A stretch of 32,000 nt of DNA from Trichodesmium erythraeum IMS101 (lineage in GTDB: Bacteria > Cyanobacteriota > Cyanobacteriia > Cyanobacteriales > Microcoleaceae): positions 1,530,001 through 1,562,000 of the forward strand of contig NC_008312.1 of the NCBI RefSeq assembly GCF_000014265.1. Reading direction: 5' to 3'. The notes beneath the pieces were generated by a model. The model saw only the letters and a list, made by a program, of their open reading frames with translations, had not been told where the DNA came from and searched no databases. Below, one piece after another: positions 1-8,887 of this stretch (position 1 is its first letter; the number at the start of each line of letters is the position of its first letter). Position numbers and translations under genes: made by a program.

Positions 1-207
1 GTTATCCCATAAAGTGGAGCATGAAGATCGCGCCTTTTTTTGTCATGCACTATATATAGTGTCTTTGCGTAAGTCCTATATTTATCATATTTTGTTTCAT
101 CTCAATTTCTCAAAAGTCTCTTCCAAAAGCTTTCCCATACTTAGTCTGAGCAGGAGAATATATTTATCCAGTTTTTACTGGTCATCAGCAGCTTCTCTTA
201 TTCTCTA

Positions 208-535
208 AGTTTTCACTTCCTTGATCGCTTTTTCTGCTTCCTCTTCCTCTATTTCACAGCCGTATTTTTTCCAGTAAGCTACAACGTTACCATTAAATGG
301 TTTAGCACCTATTTCCCCAGAAATTATATTTAATGCCAGAGGATAAGCTTCATAAGCTGCCTCGATAGGTTGTAAATATTGTCAGTGGATAAATGTGTAT
401 CTAGTTCTAACCAAGTTTTCTGATCTCAATTTCGACTTATTTCTTACAGTTAACTTACCTAATAGTATGCAGTGCCCAAATTTTTTATAAGGCTCTGGTA
501 TTTGATGGGGGAAATATTGAGAAGTTAAAATGATT
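208..535 (-). pseudogene. Decayed ORF relic with no start codon and an in-frame stop; family uncertain (weak NB-ARC/STAND-like impression)
   Basis: The minus-strand frame reads ...FPHQIPEPYKKFGHCILLGKLTVRNKSKLRSENLVRTRYTFIH*QYLQPIEAAYEAYPLALNIISGEIGAKPFNGNVVAYWKKYGCEIEEEEAEKAIKEVKT*. The in-frame TGA is at 382-384 and the terminal TAG at 205-207. A long open stretch without ATG suggests a gene relic. The family guess rests only on a PLAL-like motif. Confidence 0.25.
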
Positions 536-1675
536 CAACTTTGATAATATTCTACTGCTAACAAACTCTTAAAAAAATTCTGCTGCCATTCATCTTTAAA
601 ATTGTTCCAACTTTTCTCCTCATTTCTCTCTATAATATTTTCCTAAGAAACTATTAATATTAAATATTCATTATCTTGTGACTGCTTCACAAAAAGGTTT
701 AATTATCTGTAGGTATTTTTGCGGTCTTTTTCCTGGAAGCGATCGCCCCACTTTTCCACCTATCAACTTGTTACACTAGCAAAGTCTGAAGTTTGTCGAT
801 CAGATTCAAAATTTTCATTGTTGAAAAACTAATAGAAATTGAAATATATTGTGGCTATCGTCAGGTATGGGTTTATTATAGTACTTTAAAAGATCAACTC
901 TCTAAATATTTTACATTATAAAGACTGTTTAAAGTTTGCATCTAAACTCCGATATAAATCTGGGTAGGCGTAGCATTTGTGACAATAATTTCAATCTATC
1001 TAAATTAATATCAAAATTTGACTGTATACCAATTACTATAGAAATATAAATTTTTTTTTAAAAATATGTAAAAATATATAAAAATATATCAAATTTTTTT
1101 CCATCTCCTAAAATCTCAGATGTTTGTTATACGATTCAAATAGGATTTCTCTAAAAGTAATGCTATACTTATACTGTTGATTTGTAATATTGTTAATTAT
1201 ATCTTATTACACTGAATATTCTCATTTTTTATTGAGTGCAATTTAATAAAATAAATATTACTAGTACCAGTAAAATTTGTGCTCCTTGAAAGAATAGCTT
1301 TTCAACCTTTTCTAAAAAACTACTAAATTAAACACAGGAAAATTAAATTTGGTATTTTTTCTACTCTCTATTCCTTAGTAACGGAGATTGCGGTGATTTA
1401 GTTCGGTTATACCAACATAAGTAATAGCTAAATACCTATATCTTAAGTATTAAGTAAGGTATACTTCTATAAGGATAACCAATCAACAAATATTAAAGCC
1501 TTTATAGAAGTCTAAATTTATTACTTAACTAGCTATCAGCTTTTAGTATCGAGTGATCAAATTTTTGAATTAGGGTTTAATTTTTCTTATCCCATCTCAA
1601 AAAGATTTTCCGACTGATCGCTGACTGTTTTTTTTATAGATTAAAATTATTTATTCATTTATTTGCACAAAAAAA

Positions 1676-3391
1676 ATGGACAACTATATATTACCAACTT
1701 TAAGTGACATTTTTGCCTCAGAAAAGTCAAATATTGATGTTTATGCAACAAAAATGGAACTGTCAAAAGAAAATTACCCTCCTTCCATAACAGAGAAAAA
1801 TAAAGATTTATATTTAAAGGCTCAAAAGGAATGGTATAGTGCTGTTGCTACGATTAATCAACTGCTAGAAAAGTTAGTAAGAACCTCAGATTCTCAAGAT
1901 TTAAAAAATCAAGAAATAACAAAAACTTACAAACAGAAAGAAATTAAAAAAACTACTCCTGTACTAGAAAATTGGGAATCTCAAACTAGATCAAAATTCC
2001 CTACTTCTAATTCCTTGCTTTCTCATCTCAAATCATATCATGGATTAGTATTATCTGGTATGACTCCTGTGTTAACAAATCCTGCTTTAACTAGCAGTTT
2101 TTATACTTCAGTATTTACCAGTAAAATATCAGAATCTTTAGAATGGTTATCCATGTTTAGATGGCAAAGCTTACCTTTGTTACCACCAGCAGATCATATT
2201 AATTCTTTACCTGCTGCTATACCAATATTACCTTTATCCACTAAAGACCCGATAACAAATGAACAGTTTTGTTTAGTTTTAACTGCTGAATTTAGTTTGA
2301 TTATGGTCTTAGGAAAAAACCAAGATAATACACCAGCTTTTCTATTTTCTTTTGAGCCAGAAATAGTAAAAAAAGCATGGCTTGTCTTACAGCAACGAAG
2401 AGTATTACCAAAATATTTTGATTTCAATAATCTTGATAAGTATCAAAGTTTTATTCACCAATATTCTCAAAAGTTAGCTATTTTAGATGATATTTTTGAG
2501 CAGTTTTTACCTGTAGCTCCTGACTACAAAATAGTGATGGAGTTTAGCCGCTTATTATTATCTAATTTACCAATTACAGATACTAAAAATGAAACATTAG
2601 AAGTCAATATTTATAACAAAAATGGAGAAAAGCAAGAAGCTACTACATCACTAAAATCTACTATTGAAAATCTCAAGTCTCCTGATGTGGAATTGTTACA
2701 GGCGATCGCTCACGAAGTTAAAACTCCTTTAGCAACAATTCAGACTTTAACCCGCCTTTTATTAAAACGTCTTAATCTAAATCAGGAACTAATGAGAAAA
2801 CATTTACAAATGATTGATACTGAATGTACTTCTCAAATAGAACGCTTTAACCTGATTTTTAGAGCGGCAGAATTAGAAAATCAGCAACCTTTAAAAGAAC
2901 AACATCCATATTTACAATTAACAAGTATTCCTCTGGCTCAAGTATTTAAAAATAGCATTCCCCGTTGGCAACAAAAAGCAACTCAAAGAAATCATACTTT
3001 GAAAGTTATTTTACCTCCAAAAATGCCAAGTATCATTAGCGATCCTACTATGCTTGACCAAGTATTAGGAAATTTGATTGAAAATTTCTCCCGTAATTTA
3101 GCCCCTGGCAGTCTTATAAAGGTGGAAGTAATGTTAGCTGGTAGTCAACTAAAATTACAGCTTAAGTCTGATTCTGATATTGGTGAAAAAAGTTCTTCAC
3201 CTTTTACTAATTACACAAAAACACCTTTGAAATCTATTGGTCCTTTATTAATGTTTCAACCAGAAACAGGTAGTCTTAGTTTAAATTTAAAAGTGACTAA
3301 AAATTTGTTTCAAGCAATAGGAGGAAAATTAGTGGTTCGACAAAGACCAACTAAAGGGGAAGTAATGACTATTTTCTTGCCAGTTCAATAA
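1676..3391 (+). CDS. Sensor histidine kinase, orphan, with an N-terminal ~340 aa of unknown type
   Basis: 571-aa ORF starting at ATG. The H-box is ELLQAIAHEVKTPLATIQTL (His346, codon 2711-2713). An N-box-like QVLGNLIENFSRN follows, and the C-terminal end is ...KGEVMTIFLP. The G1/G2 glycine boxes look degenerate. No response regulator gene is adjacent. Confidence 0.8.
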   Translation: MDNYILPTLSDIFASEKSNIDVYATKMELSKENYPPSITEKNKDLYLKAQKEWYSAVATINQLLEKLVRTSDSQDLKNQEITKTYKQKEIKKTTPVLENWESQTRSKFPTSNSLLSHLKSYHGLVLSGMTPVLTNPALTSSFYTSVFTSKISESLEWLSMFRWQSLPLLPPADHINSLPAAIPILPLSTKDPITNEQFCLVLTAEFSLIMVLGKNQDNTPAFLFSFEPEIVKKAWLVLQQRRVLPKYFDFNNLDKYQSFIHQYSQKLAILDDIFEQFLPVAPDYKIVMEFSRLLLSNLPITDTKNETLEVNIYNKNGEKQEATTSLKSTIENLKSPDVELLQAIAHEVKTPLATIQTLTRLLLKRLNLNQELMRKHLQMIDTECTSQIERFNLIFRAAELENQQPLKEQHPYLQLTSIPLAQVFKNSIPRWQQKATQRNHTLKVILPPKMPSIISDPTMLDQVLGNLIENFSRNLAPGSLIKVEVMLAGSQLKLQLKSDSDIGEKSSSPFTNYTKTPLKSIGPLLMFQPETGSLSLNLKVTKNLFQAIGGKLVVRQRPTKGEVMTIFLPVQ

Positions 3392-3768
3392 TTTATTAAG
3401 GTAGGATGATTTTGGAAAAAAAAATACTAATACTATGTTATTTTTAACAAGAAGTTTTTATTTGATTTCATGAATTAAGGTACAATTATTAGGGTTCAAA
3501 CTTGCGATAATTTACTGGGATTTATCAAAATAGGCAGAAGTGGTTGGTGGAAAGTAACTGAATACTGAGAACCTAATTTTAGATTTGTGGAAGTATAGAA
3601 ATCAGGTATAATTTGTGAGATAAAAGTTTAGTATTTATAGCTACAAGGGACAGCTATTCTTATTAAGAAGAAATTGTATTTTATTATTTTTATAATATTA
3701 AGTACTATTTATTGAACATGATCACCCCTCATGTTTTGTTGTCAGTATCTAGGTTATAAATTCTATAA

Positions 3769-3921
3769 TAGATTTGTTAGGAATTAAGCAAAAAAAAATA
3801 GCTAAAACTAAAAACAAATTTAGGTTTATAGTGCTTTTAAGAATTAGAGCTATGAAAATTTATAATTTATAGAAGTAAGCTTTTAAGCATTTTCAATTTT
3901 CCACACCCAATAAATTTATTA
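3769..3921. mobile_element. MITE-like repeat, degenerate copy
   Basis: Alignable along its length to 3923-4065 and 21147-21287. Shared blocks include AATTAAGCA-A(n)-T(G/A)GCTAAAAC, TTTATAGTGCT, TATAGAAGTAAGCTTTT(A/G)AG and ATTTTCAATTTTC. The terminal inverted repeats are degenerate (TAGATTTGTTAGG ... CCAATAAATTTA). Confidence 0.55.
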
Positions 3922-3922
3922 T

Positions 3923-4065
3923 TAGAGTGTTGGGTAATTAAGCAGAAAAAATGGCTAAAACCAATATTTAGTTAAAGTTTATAATGCTCTTTATGTCTAA
4001 AATCCTGAAAAGTTTATAGAGTAAGCTTTTGAGAATTTTCAATTTTTCTATACCAAATAACTATA
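3923..4065. mobile_element. MITE-like repeat, second copy in head-to-tail tandem with the first
   Basis: It starts TAGAGTGTTGGGTAATTAAGCAGAAAAAATGGCTAAAACC and ends ATACCAAATAACTATA. It has the same internal blocks as the copy at 21147-21287. Confidence 0.6.
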
Positions 4066-4252
4066 TTAGCAGTTATCACTTTGAGCGCAGAAACAATTAT
4101 AAAAAACTAGATAAAAATAGTTAATAATTAACAAGAAGTATCTGTAATACTATAAAGCTTGTAAAAAATAGCGATCGCTACCTGAAAAATAGTTATAGGA
4201 AGGGAAGTGATAATTTTTGGATATATCTATTGTGGGAGCTACAAGTACCTCT

Positions 4253-4444
4253 TTATAATTTGATTACTATATATACAGAAGTACCAGTTATTTGAGCAAT
4301 ATTTTTCCGTTGACTTTCTCCTAATAACTAGGCTAAATAGCCAGGAAATCCATTTTTTTTACTAAGAGTATTCCAGAAATCATCAAATTTTTGACAGCAT
4401 TTTTCCAAGTATGGTGGTAGGGCACACAAGGTTATTTCTTTCAT
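4253..4444 (-). pseudogene. N-terminal fragment of an IS4/IS701-type transposase
   Basis: From ATG 4444-4442 the minus strand reads MKEITLCALPPYLEKCCQKFDDFWNTLSKKNGFPGYLA*LLGESQRKNIAQITGTSVYIVIKL*. The pattern (F..F.., ..YL.GLL....RKN...IA) matches the N-termini of this transposase type as I recall them. It has an in-frame stop and then ends. Confidence 0.4.
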
Positions 4445-4515
4445 CGGCTAGCATTTTCTATTGAAAGCCATAATATACAATATCTACACTAAAACTGACT
4501 TGACTGCATTTTTTC

Positions 4516-5817
4516 TTAAAGTCCAGTTAAGTTAGTTTGATCAGAAATAAACTGATGAGTTGCCAAAATAGCACTACCATAAGCTGCATCTGTATAAACA
4601 GCTTTAATTGTAGGTACTCCTAAATAACGTCCCCGAATTGTGGTAAAAGTAGAATTCTTGGCACCACCTCCGGCGGTATAAACCTTGGTAAGTGTATCTG
4701 CGCTTAATGCTTGCAACAATTCATATCCTCGTAATTCAATTTTAGCAATACCTTCAAGTAAACCATGAAGAAATAATATGGAATTTTCTGGTCTAGGGGC
4801 TAGTTTTGGGAGTAATTCCGGATCATTAATAGGAAAGCGATCGCCCTTTTCTAGCAAAGGATAATAATCTAATCTACTTTCAATATTAGGGTCTATTTGC
4901 CTACTCAAACTTTCCAACTCAGCTTCAGTAAAAAAATGTCGCAAAACAGCACCTCCAGTATTAGAAGCACCTCCTACTAACCACAAATTTCCGAAGCGAT
5001 GACTATAAATGCCATATTTACTATTATCAACTCTAGTATGACTCAATAGTTTCAATACCAAAGTTGAACCTAAAGAAGTTACGGCTTCTCCAGGACTATT
5101 AGCACCACTGGCGATAAAAGCTGCAATGCTATCTGTTGTACCGCCACAAACAACACATTCAGGAGACAAGCCAAAATTATTAACTATTTCTGTTGTGACA
5201 CTGTCGACGGTCGCACCTGGTTTAACTACTTCTGGTAACTGAATATTTTTCCCAACCTCAGAATTAACAAAATTATTTAACCAGTCTGGATAACATAAGT
5301 CGTTTACATCATAACCTAGTTTCAAAACATTGTTATAGTCACTTACTCCTAGTTTTCCATGAAGCAAAAACCCTAGCCAGTCAGCTTGATGCAAAAAATA
5401 ATATGTTTGATTTTGATTTAAGGTAGAAGTATTTTCAGTCAACCATAACAATTTTGCGAAACTAGAGGTGACGCTAATAACAGAATGATTAGAAGGGGCA
5501 ATACTTTTCAATTTATTCATCATTGTCACCCCTCTACTATCATTATAAAGTAGCGTTTCAGTCACAGGTTTACCATCACTATTGCACAATAATACAGTTG
5601 CCGAAGTACCATCAATAGCGATCGCTCGAATTTTTCTTCGTATTTCCTGAGGAATATTAGAAATAAGATTAAACAGAGCTTTTTGCCAAACATGAGGTAA
5701 TTTATTTTCCTCAGTTTCCCAAATATATTTTGTTTGTGCTTTAACCCGAAAATTAGAGTCAATAACAACAGCACGCGCTCCGGAAGTGCCAAAATCAATT
5801 CCTAGGTATAAGTTCAT
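4516..5817 (-). CDS. FGGY-family carbohydrate kinase (xylulokinase/ribulokinase-like)
   Basis: The N-terminus MNLYLGIDFGTSGARAVVID is the FGGY/actin-fold phosphate-1 motif. Later motifs include GGTTDSIAAFIASG and AGGGAKNSTF. The track ORF starts at TTG 5826. I prefer ATG 5817-5815. Confidence 0.85.
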   Translation of the reverse strand: MNLYLGIDFGTSGARAVVIDSNFRVKAQTKYIWETEENKLPHVWQKALFNLISNIPQEIRRKIRAIAIDGTSATVLLCNSDGKPVTETLLYNDSRGVTMMNKLKSIAPSNHSVISVTSSFAKLLWLTENTSTLNQNQTYYFLHQADWLGFLLHGKLGVSDYNNVLKLGYDVNDLCYPDWLNNFVNSEVGKNIQLPEVVKPGATVDSVTTEIVNNFGLSPECVVCGGTTDSIAAFIASGANSPGEAVTSLGSTLVLKLLSHTRVDNSKYGIYSHRFGNLWLVGGASNTGGAVLRHFFTEAELESLSRQIDPNIESRLDYYPLLEKGDRFPINDPELLPKLAPRPENSILFLHGLLEGIAKIELRGYELLQALSADTLTKVYTAGGGAKNSTFTTIRGRYLGVPTIKAVYTDAAYGSAILATHQFISDQTNLTGL

Positions 5818-5863
5818 TTTCAACAAATATCTGCTATCATTTTAAAGTGTATATAGCAATTAT

Positions 5864-6603
5864 CTAAGTACAGGCTAAAAAGCTTGACTTATCAAACAGG
5901 GAAAGGTTTCATAGAACTTAAATCATAATGTCCATGAAGTCTGAATATGAATTAAATTAGTTTACTACAAATAGCTTGAAAAAACTACTTTTCTTGCCAT
6001 CGAGCCAGAATTAAATTTTTCCCTTTATTTCTCTAGGCTGTATTTAGAAAAATATCAACTTGGCACAAATAGCAACTGTATTTTTATCTAATGCTCAAGT
6101 AAGTTTTAATTACAAAGGGCTACAAAGGTTTTTCCCACTTTGATATAGATATTAGGGAATTTTTCCAGGTTATAATTGCTATCATTGATGCTCGCAAAAA
6201 TGGGTTTTGAGTATTTACTGAAGTCAGTTACAGCTTGGTAAGTATACATACAATATTCTCATTTTAGGAATGAAAAAGGAAATTCTCAAACAGCAGAAGG
6301 TCTAGATGTGATCGAAAAATTTGCCTCGTTGTTATAAAAGTAGAGGTTGTGACCTTGAGTTTACTCATATAACTGAACCAGAGCGTCTAACTAAAATGAT
6401 ATTTTTATTGACTTTGACACTGTGTTGGTTACACCGAGTGGTTTTTTGCTTAGATGAGCATTGTTTTGTGATCGTCAAAAAAACATGGGGGTAAAGTTCA
6501 AAGTTTTTTCCCTCTGCTCTAGATTTTTGGCGTAATATATTCTTCGATATAACTAGCAAAATATCTGATTTTTATAGGATTTAATTTTTTTTCCTGTACT
6601 TAG
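5864..6603 (+). mobile_element. Internally deleted, non-autonomous IS4-family element with intact terminal inverted repeats
   Basis: CTAAGTACAGG at 5864-5874 is matched by its reverse complement CCTGTACTTAG at 6593-6603. Internal + strand frames give broken transposase pieces: LAQIATVFLSNAQVSFNYKGLQRFF and GCDLEFTHITEPERLTKMIFLLTLTLCWLHRV, with many stops and deletions. A second partial copy lies at 29307-29556. Confidence 0.65.
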
Positions 6604-6954
6604 TGAAAGTCTTTATATGACATCTATTATAGTAGTTTATTTAAATTATAAAATATATATTTTTCAGAATTTACATTAGAGAAAAAAAATATTTTATAGA
6701 ATTATTTATTGTCTTTAATTAATTTTAGATTATATTTTTTTAATTTATTAAATTAGCAATTATATTTTACCATAAATTAAGGAACTTTGAAGCTTTATTT
6801 TAAAAAAATTAAAGGATTTAATATTATTATTAATATACAATAAATTTAAGGCCTAAAATTTTTATTAAAACTAAAATAATACGACGGGGCAAAACATACT
6901 AGGTTCAAGCCCAGCTTTGTGTAATTACTGTTTTTAATAATTACTACTTTTTCA

Positions 6955-8265
6955 ATGGTTAAAGCGATGAAAGTTACTTTGTTACAACGTTATCAACAAT
7001 TATTAGATAAGTTAAATAATTCTAATACTCCTCTATCAGAAAAGGATGTTTTAGATATTTTATTGGCTAGAGATGCTATTTCTAAGGCTTTATCTAGTAA
7101 GGTTATACCTGATGCTTCTGTAATCTTGAAAATTCAAGAATTAGATGAGAAACTTAAACAGAATTCTGAGAAATTGATTCAATCTATTAATTTGGCTAAA
7201 TATCGAAATAATTTCCCTAGGTTGCCTAATTCTTGGTGGTGGGATTTGGATATTTATGTTCAGGAAAAAGCGAGAAAGTCTCACCCTTGGAATCGTTTTG
7301 ATGGGTTTATTAGAGTTATTAGAGTTATAGTTTGGACGGGAAATTTAACTCTTTTGGGAACTTTGGCTAGTCTTTTTCTGAATAGTGCTTCTGGGTTAGG
7401 GGGTGCTTTGACTATTGCTATTCCTAGTATTTTATCGTTACTTCAAGCTCAAAGTGAGTTAACAGAAACGGGAAAAAAAGGGTTTGATAAAGTTTTACAA
7501 GTGGTGAAAATTCCTCAACATTTTCATGAGGAGGCAAAGTTGGTTTCTAGTTTATTGATTACAGGATTTTTGTTAAGTATTTGGTTGAATTTACCATCTA
7601 TTTCTAATGGCTACAAACTGACTGGTCAAAAATTAAGAGAACAGGAAAAGTTAGCGGCGGCAGAAGAGAATTTTTTACAGGCAATTAAGTTGAATAATGA
7701 TAATTTAGATGCTCGTTATAAGTTGGCAAAAGTTTATGAAGAGTTACAAGATTTGGAGAATGCTAAAAAACAATATATAGTTGCGGCTAAAGCTGGGTTT
7801 GTGGATGCCTATAATAATCTTGCTTATTGGTATATTCAGGAAAATAAGAATGAGAAAGGGATAGATTTGTTGAAACAGGGTTTGCAGCTTTTAGAGCAAA
7901 AGGAAAAGAATTTTGAGAGGTTAACAGATGTAGAAAAGAGTGATTTAAGAACTGAACAATATAGTATATATAAAAATTTAGGATGGGCAAGGTTTCAACA
8001 ACAGCGATATGATGATGCTATTGATTATCTTTTGCCGGCAATGGCAATTGCTAAAAATTCTAAATATCAGAAGTATATCCGAAACCCAGGGGCGGCTTTT
8101 TGTATCTACAGTAAAATTTTGTCAAAGACAGATCAACTATCTTCTAAAGTGAAAGAAAATTGGCAACAATGTCGTCAATTAATTGAACTTCGTCTAGCTG
8201 GAGGTGATACTATTTCTTCTGAAGAAGATGGATGGTTATATGAAGCTAAACAACTATTAAATTAA
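6955..8265 (+). CDS. Membrane protein with an N-terminal coiled region, about 3 hydrophobic segments and C-terminal TPR-like repeats
   Basis: 436-aa ORF. Hydrophobic stretches are VIRVIVWTGNLTLLGTLASLFL, GGALTIAIPSILSLL and LVSSLLITGFLLSIWLNL. TPR-like helices include AEENFLQAIKLNNDNLDARYKLAKVYEELQDLENAKKQY. It is the first gene of a same-strand cluster with 8888-9967 and 10186-13833. Confidence 0.7.
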   Translation: MVKAMKVTLLQRYQQLLDKLNNSNTPLSEKDVLDILLARDAISKALSSKVIPDASVILKIQELDEKLKQNSEKLIQSINLAKYRNNFPRLPNSWWWDLDIYVQEKARKSHPWNRFDGFIRVIRVIVWTGNLTLLGTLASLFLNSASGLGGALTIAIPSILSLLQAQSELTETGKKGFDKVLQVVKIPQHFHEEAKLVSSLLITGFLLSIWLNLPSISNGYKLTGQKLREQEKLAAAEENFLQAIKLNNDNLDARYKLAKVYEELQDLENAKKQYIVAAKAGFVDAYNNLAYWYIQENKNEKGIDLLKQGLQLLEQKEKNFERLTDVEKSDLRTEQYSIYKNLGWARFQQQRYDDAIDYLLPAMAIAKNSKYQKYIRNPGAAFCIYSKILSKTDQLSSKVKENWQQCRQLIELRLAGGDTISSEEDGWLYEAKQLLN

Positions 8266-8274
8266 CTAGTCTTA

Positions 8275-8387
8275 TGTTAGGTTTTAGGTTTTAGGTTTTG
8301 GGTTTTAGGTGTTAGGTTTTAGGTTTTAGGTGTTAGGTTTAGGTATTAGGTATTAGGTATTAGGTGTTAGGTTTTAAGTGTTAGGTT
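8275..8387 (+). repeat. Heptanucleotide tandem array (TTAGGTN, about 15-16 units), STRR-like
   Basis: Read directly: gttaggttttaggttttaggttttgggttttaggtgttaggttttaggttttaggtgttaggtttaggtattaggtattaggtattaggtgttaggttttaagtgttaggtt. It starts 10 bp after the stop codon of 6955-8265. Confidence 0.9.
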
Positions 8388-8397
8388 AATAGAAAGA

Positions 8398-8490
8398 ATG
8401 AAAATGATTGAAGTAAAAAGTTATCTGGATTTAACGGTGTGGCAAAAATCAATGGATTTGGTAGTAAGATGTTGTCAATTAACTTCTTAA
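8398..8490 (+). pseudogene. Truncated N-terminal fragment of a four-helix-bundle (23S rRNA intervening-sequence family) protein
   Basis: The 30-codon ORF MKMIEVKSYLDLTVWQKSMDLVVRCCQLTS* carries the ..DL.VWQK..DLV.. opening motif that I recall for this family. Full-length members are about 120 aa. Confidence 0.5.
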
Positions 8491-8520
8491 CTAAAGCATC
8501 AGTAAGGTGATTTATTTTAT

Positions 8521-8646
8521 CTGCTAAAGTGAAAGGGAATTGGCAATAATATCGTCAATTAATTTAACTTTTTCTAGGGGCAGGTGAGACTATTTCTCCT
8601 GAAGAGAATGGATGGTTATATGAACCTAAATAACAATTAAATTAAT
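8521..8646 (+). pseudogene. Decayed duplicate of the 3' end of gene 6955-8265
   Basis: Alignable base-for-base to 8141-8265, with identity of roughly 85 percent by eye, including the terminal ggatggttatatgaa.ctaaa.aac.attaaattaa. It has acquired in-frame stops (caa taa tat; att taa ctt; aaa taa caa). Confidence 0.85.
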
Positions 8647-8715
8647 AGACTTCTCCAAAGTAAAAATCAAGGTAAAATTGTAGTGGCAAATTATATAATA
8701 TAATGACTAAGTTAT

Positions 8716-8790
8716 ATGTTGAATTGGAAATGGAAAATCCAGGTTAGGATGCAGGGATAATTTTGTGGTGAGTTTGGCGATCGCTCCCAG
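8716..8790 (+). pseudogene. Decayed duplicate of the 5' end of gene 8888-9967
   Basis: atgttgaattggaaa at 8716-8730 is identical to 8888-8902. The following bases (tggaaaatccaggttaggat...taattttgtgg) align with gcaaaaattcaggcaggattaattttaatatttgtgg, with indels and substitutions. Confidence 0.65.
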
Positions 8791-8828
8791 GAGCACATTG
8801 ATAATTGTTTTCTGGTTGTTAATATTTA

Positions 8829-8875
8829 AACCTAAAACCTAACACCTAACACCTCAAACCTAACACCTCAAACCT
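8829..8875 (-). repeat. Heptanucleotide array of the same family as 8275-8387, in inverted orientation
   Basis: aacctaaaacctaacacctaacacctcaaacctaacacctcaaacc is the reverse complement of GGTTTGAGGTGTTAGGTTTGAGGTGTTAGGTGTTAGGTTTTAGGTT. It ends 12 bp before the start codon at 8888. Confidence 0.9.
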
Positions 8876-8887
8876 TATAAAAATTTT

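Noticed and set aside
14-208. The 64-aa + strand ORF at the window start.
   Set aside because: It has no recognisable motif and a low-complexity translation. It abuts the 3' end of the minus-strand ORF relic at 208-535. It is most likely non-coding.
860-1675. Extremely AT-rich 0.8-kb stretch with short repeats of the aaaaatat type upstream of the histidine kinase. I considered a replication origin, a promoter array or an sRNA.
   Set aside because: I found no DnaA-box-like clusters, no hairpin-terminator pairs and no longer repeats. Long AT-rich spacers are the norm throughout this window.
6365-6559. The 64-aa minus-strand ORF.
   Set aside because: It lies inside the IS4-like relic, antisense to the recognisable transposase fragments. 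It is spurious.
6902-6912. ggttcaagccc, resembling a tRNA T-arm and loop, upstream of gene 6955.
   Set aside because: I could not build acceptor, D or anticodon stems from the flanking sequence. At most it is a tRNA or att-site remnant, and that is unsupported.
8275-8875. Telomere-like TTAGGT(N) repeats, considered as a possible replicon end or a CRISPR-like array.
   Set aside because: They are internal to a gene cluster, short, lack spacers, and occur as an inverted pair. They fit cyanobacterial STRR-type heptamer repeats.
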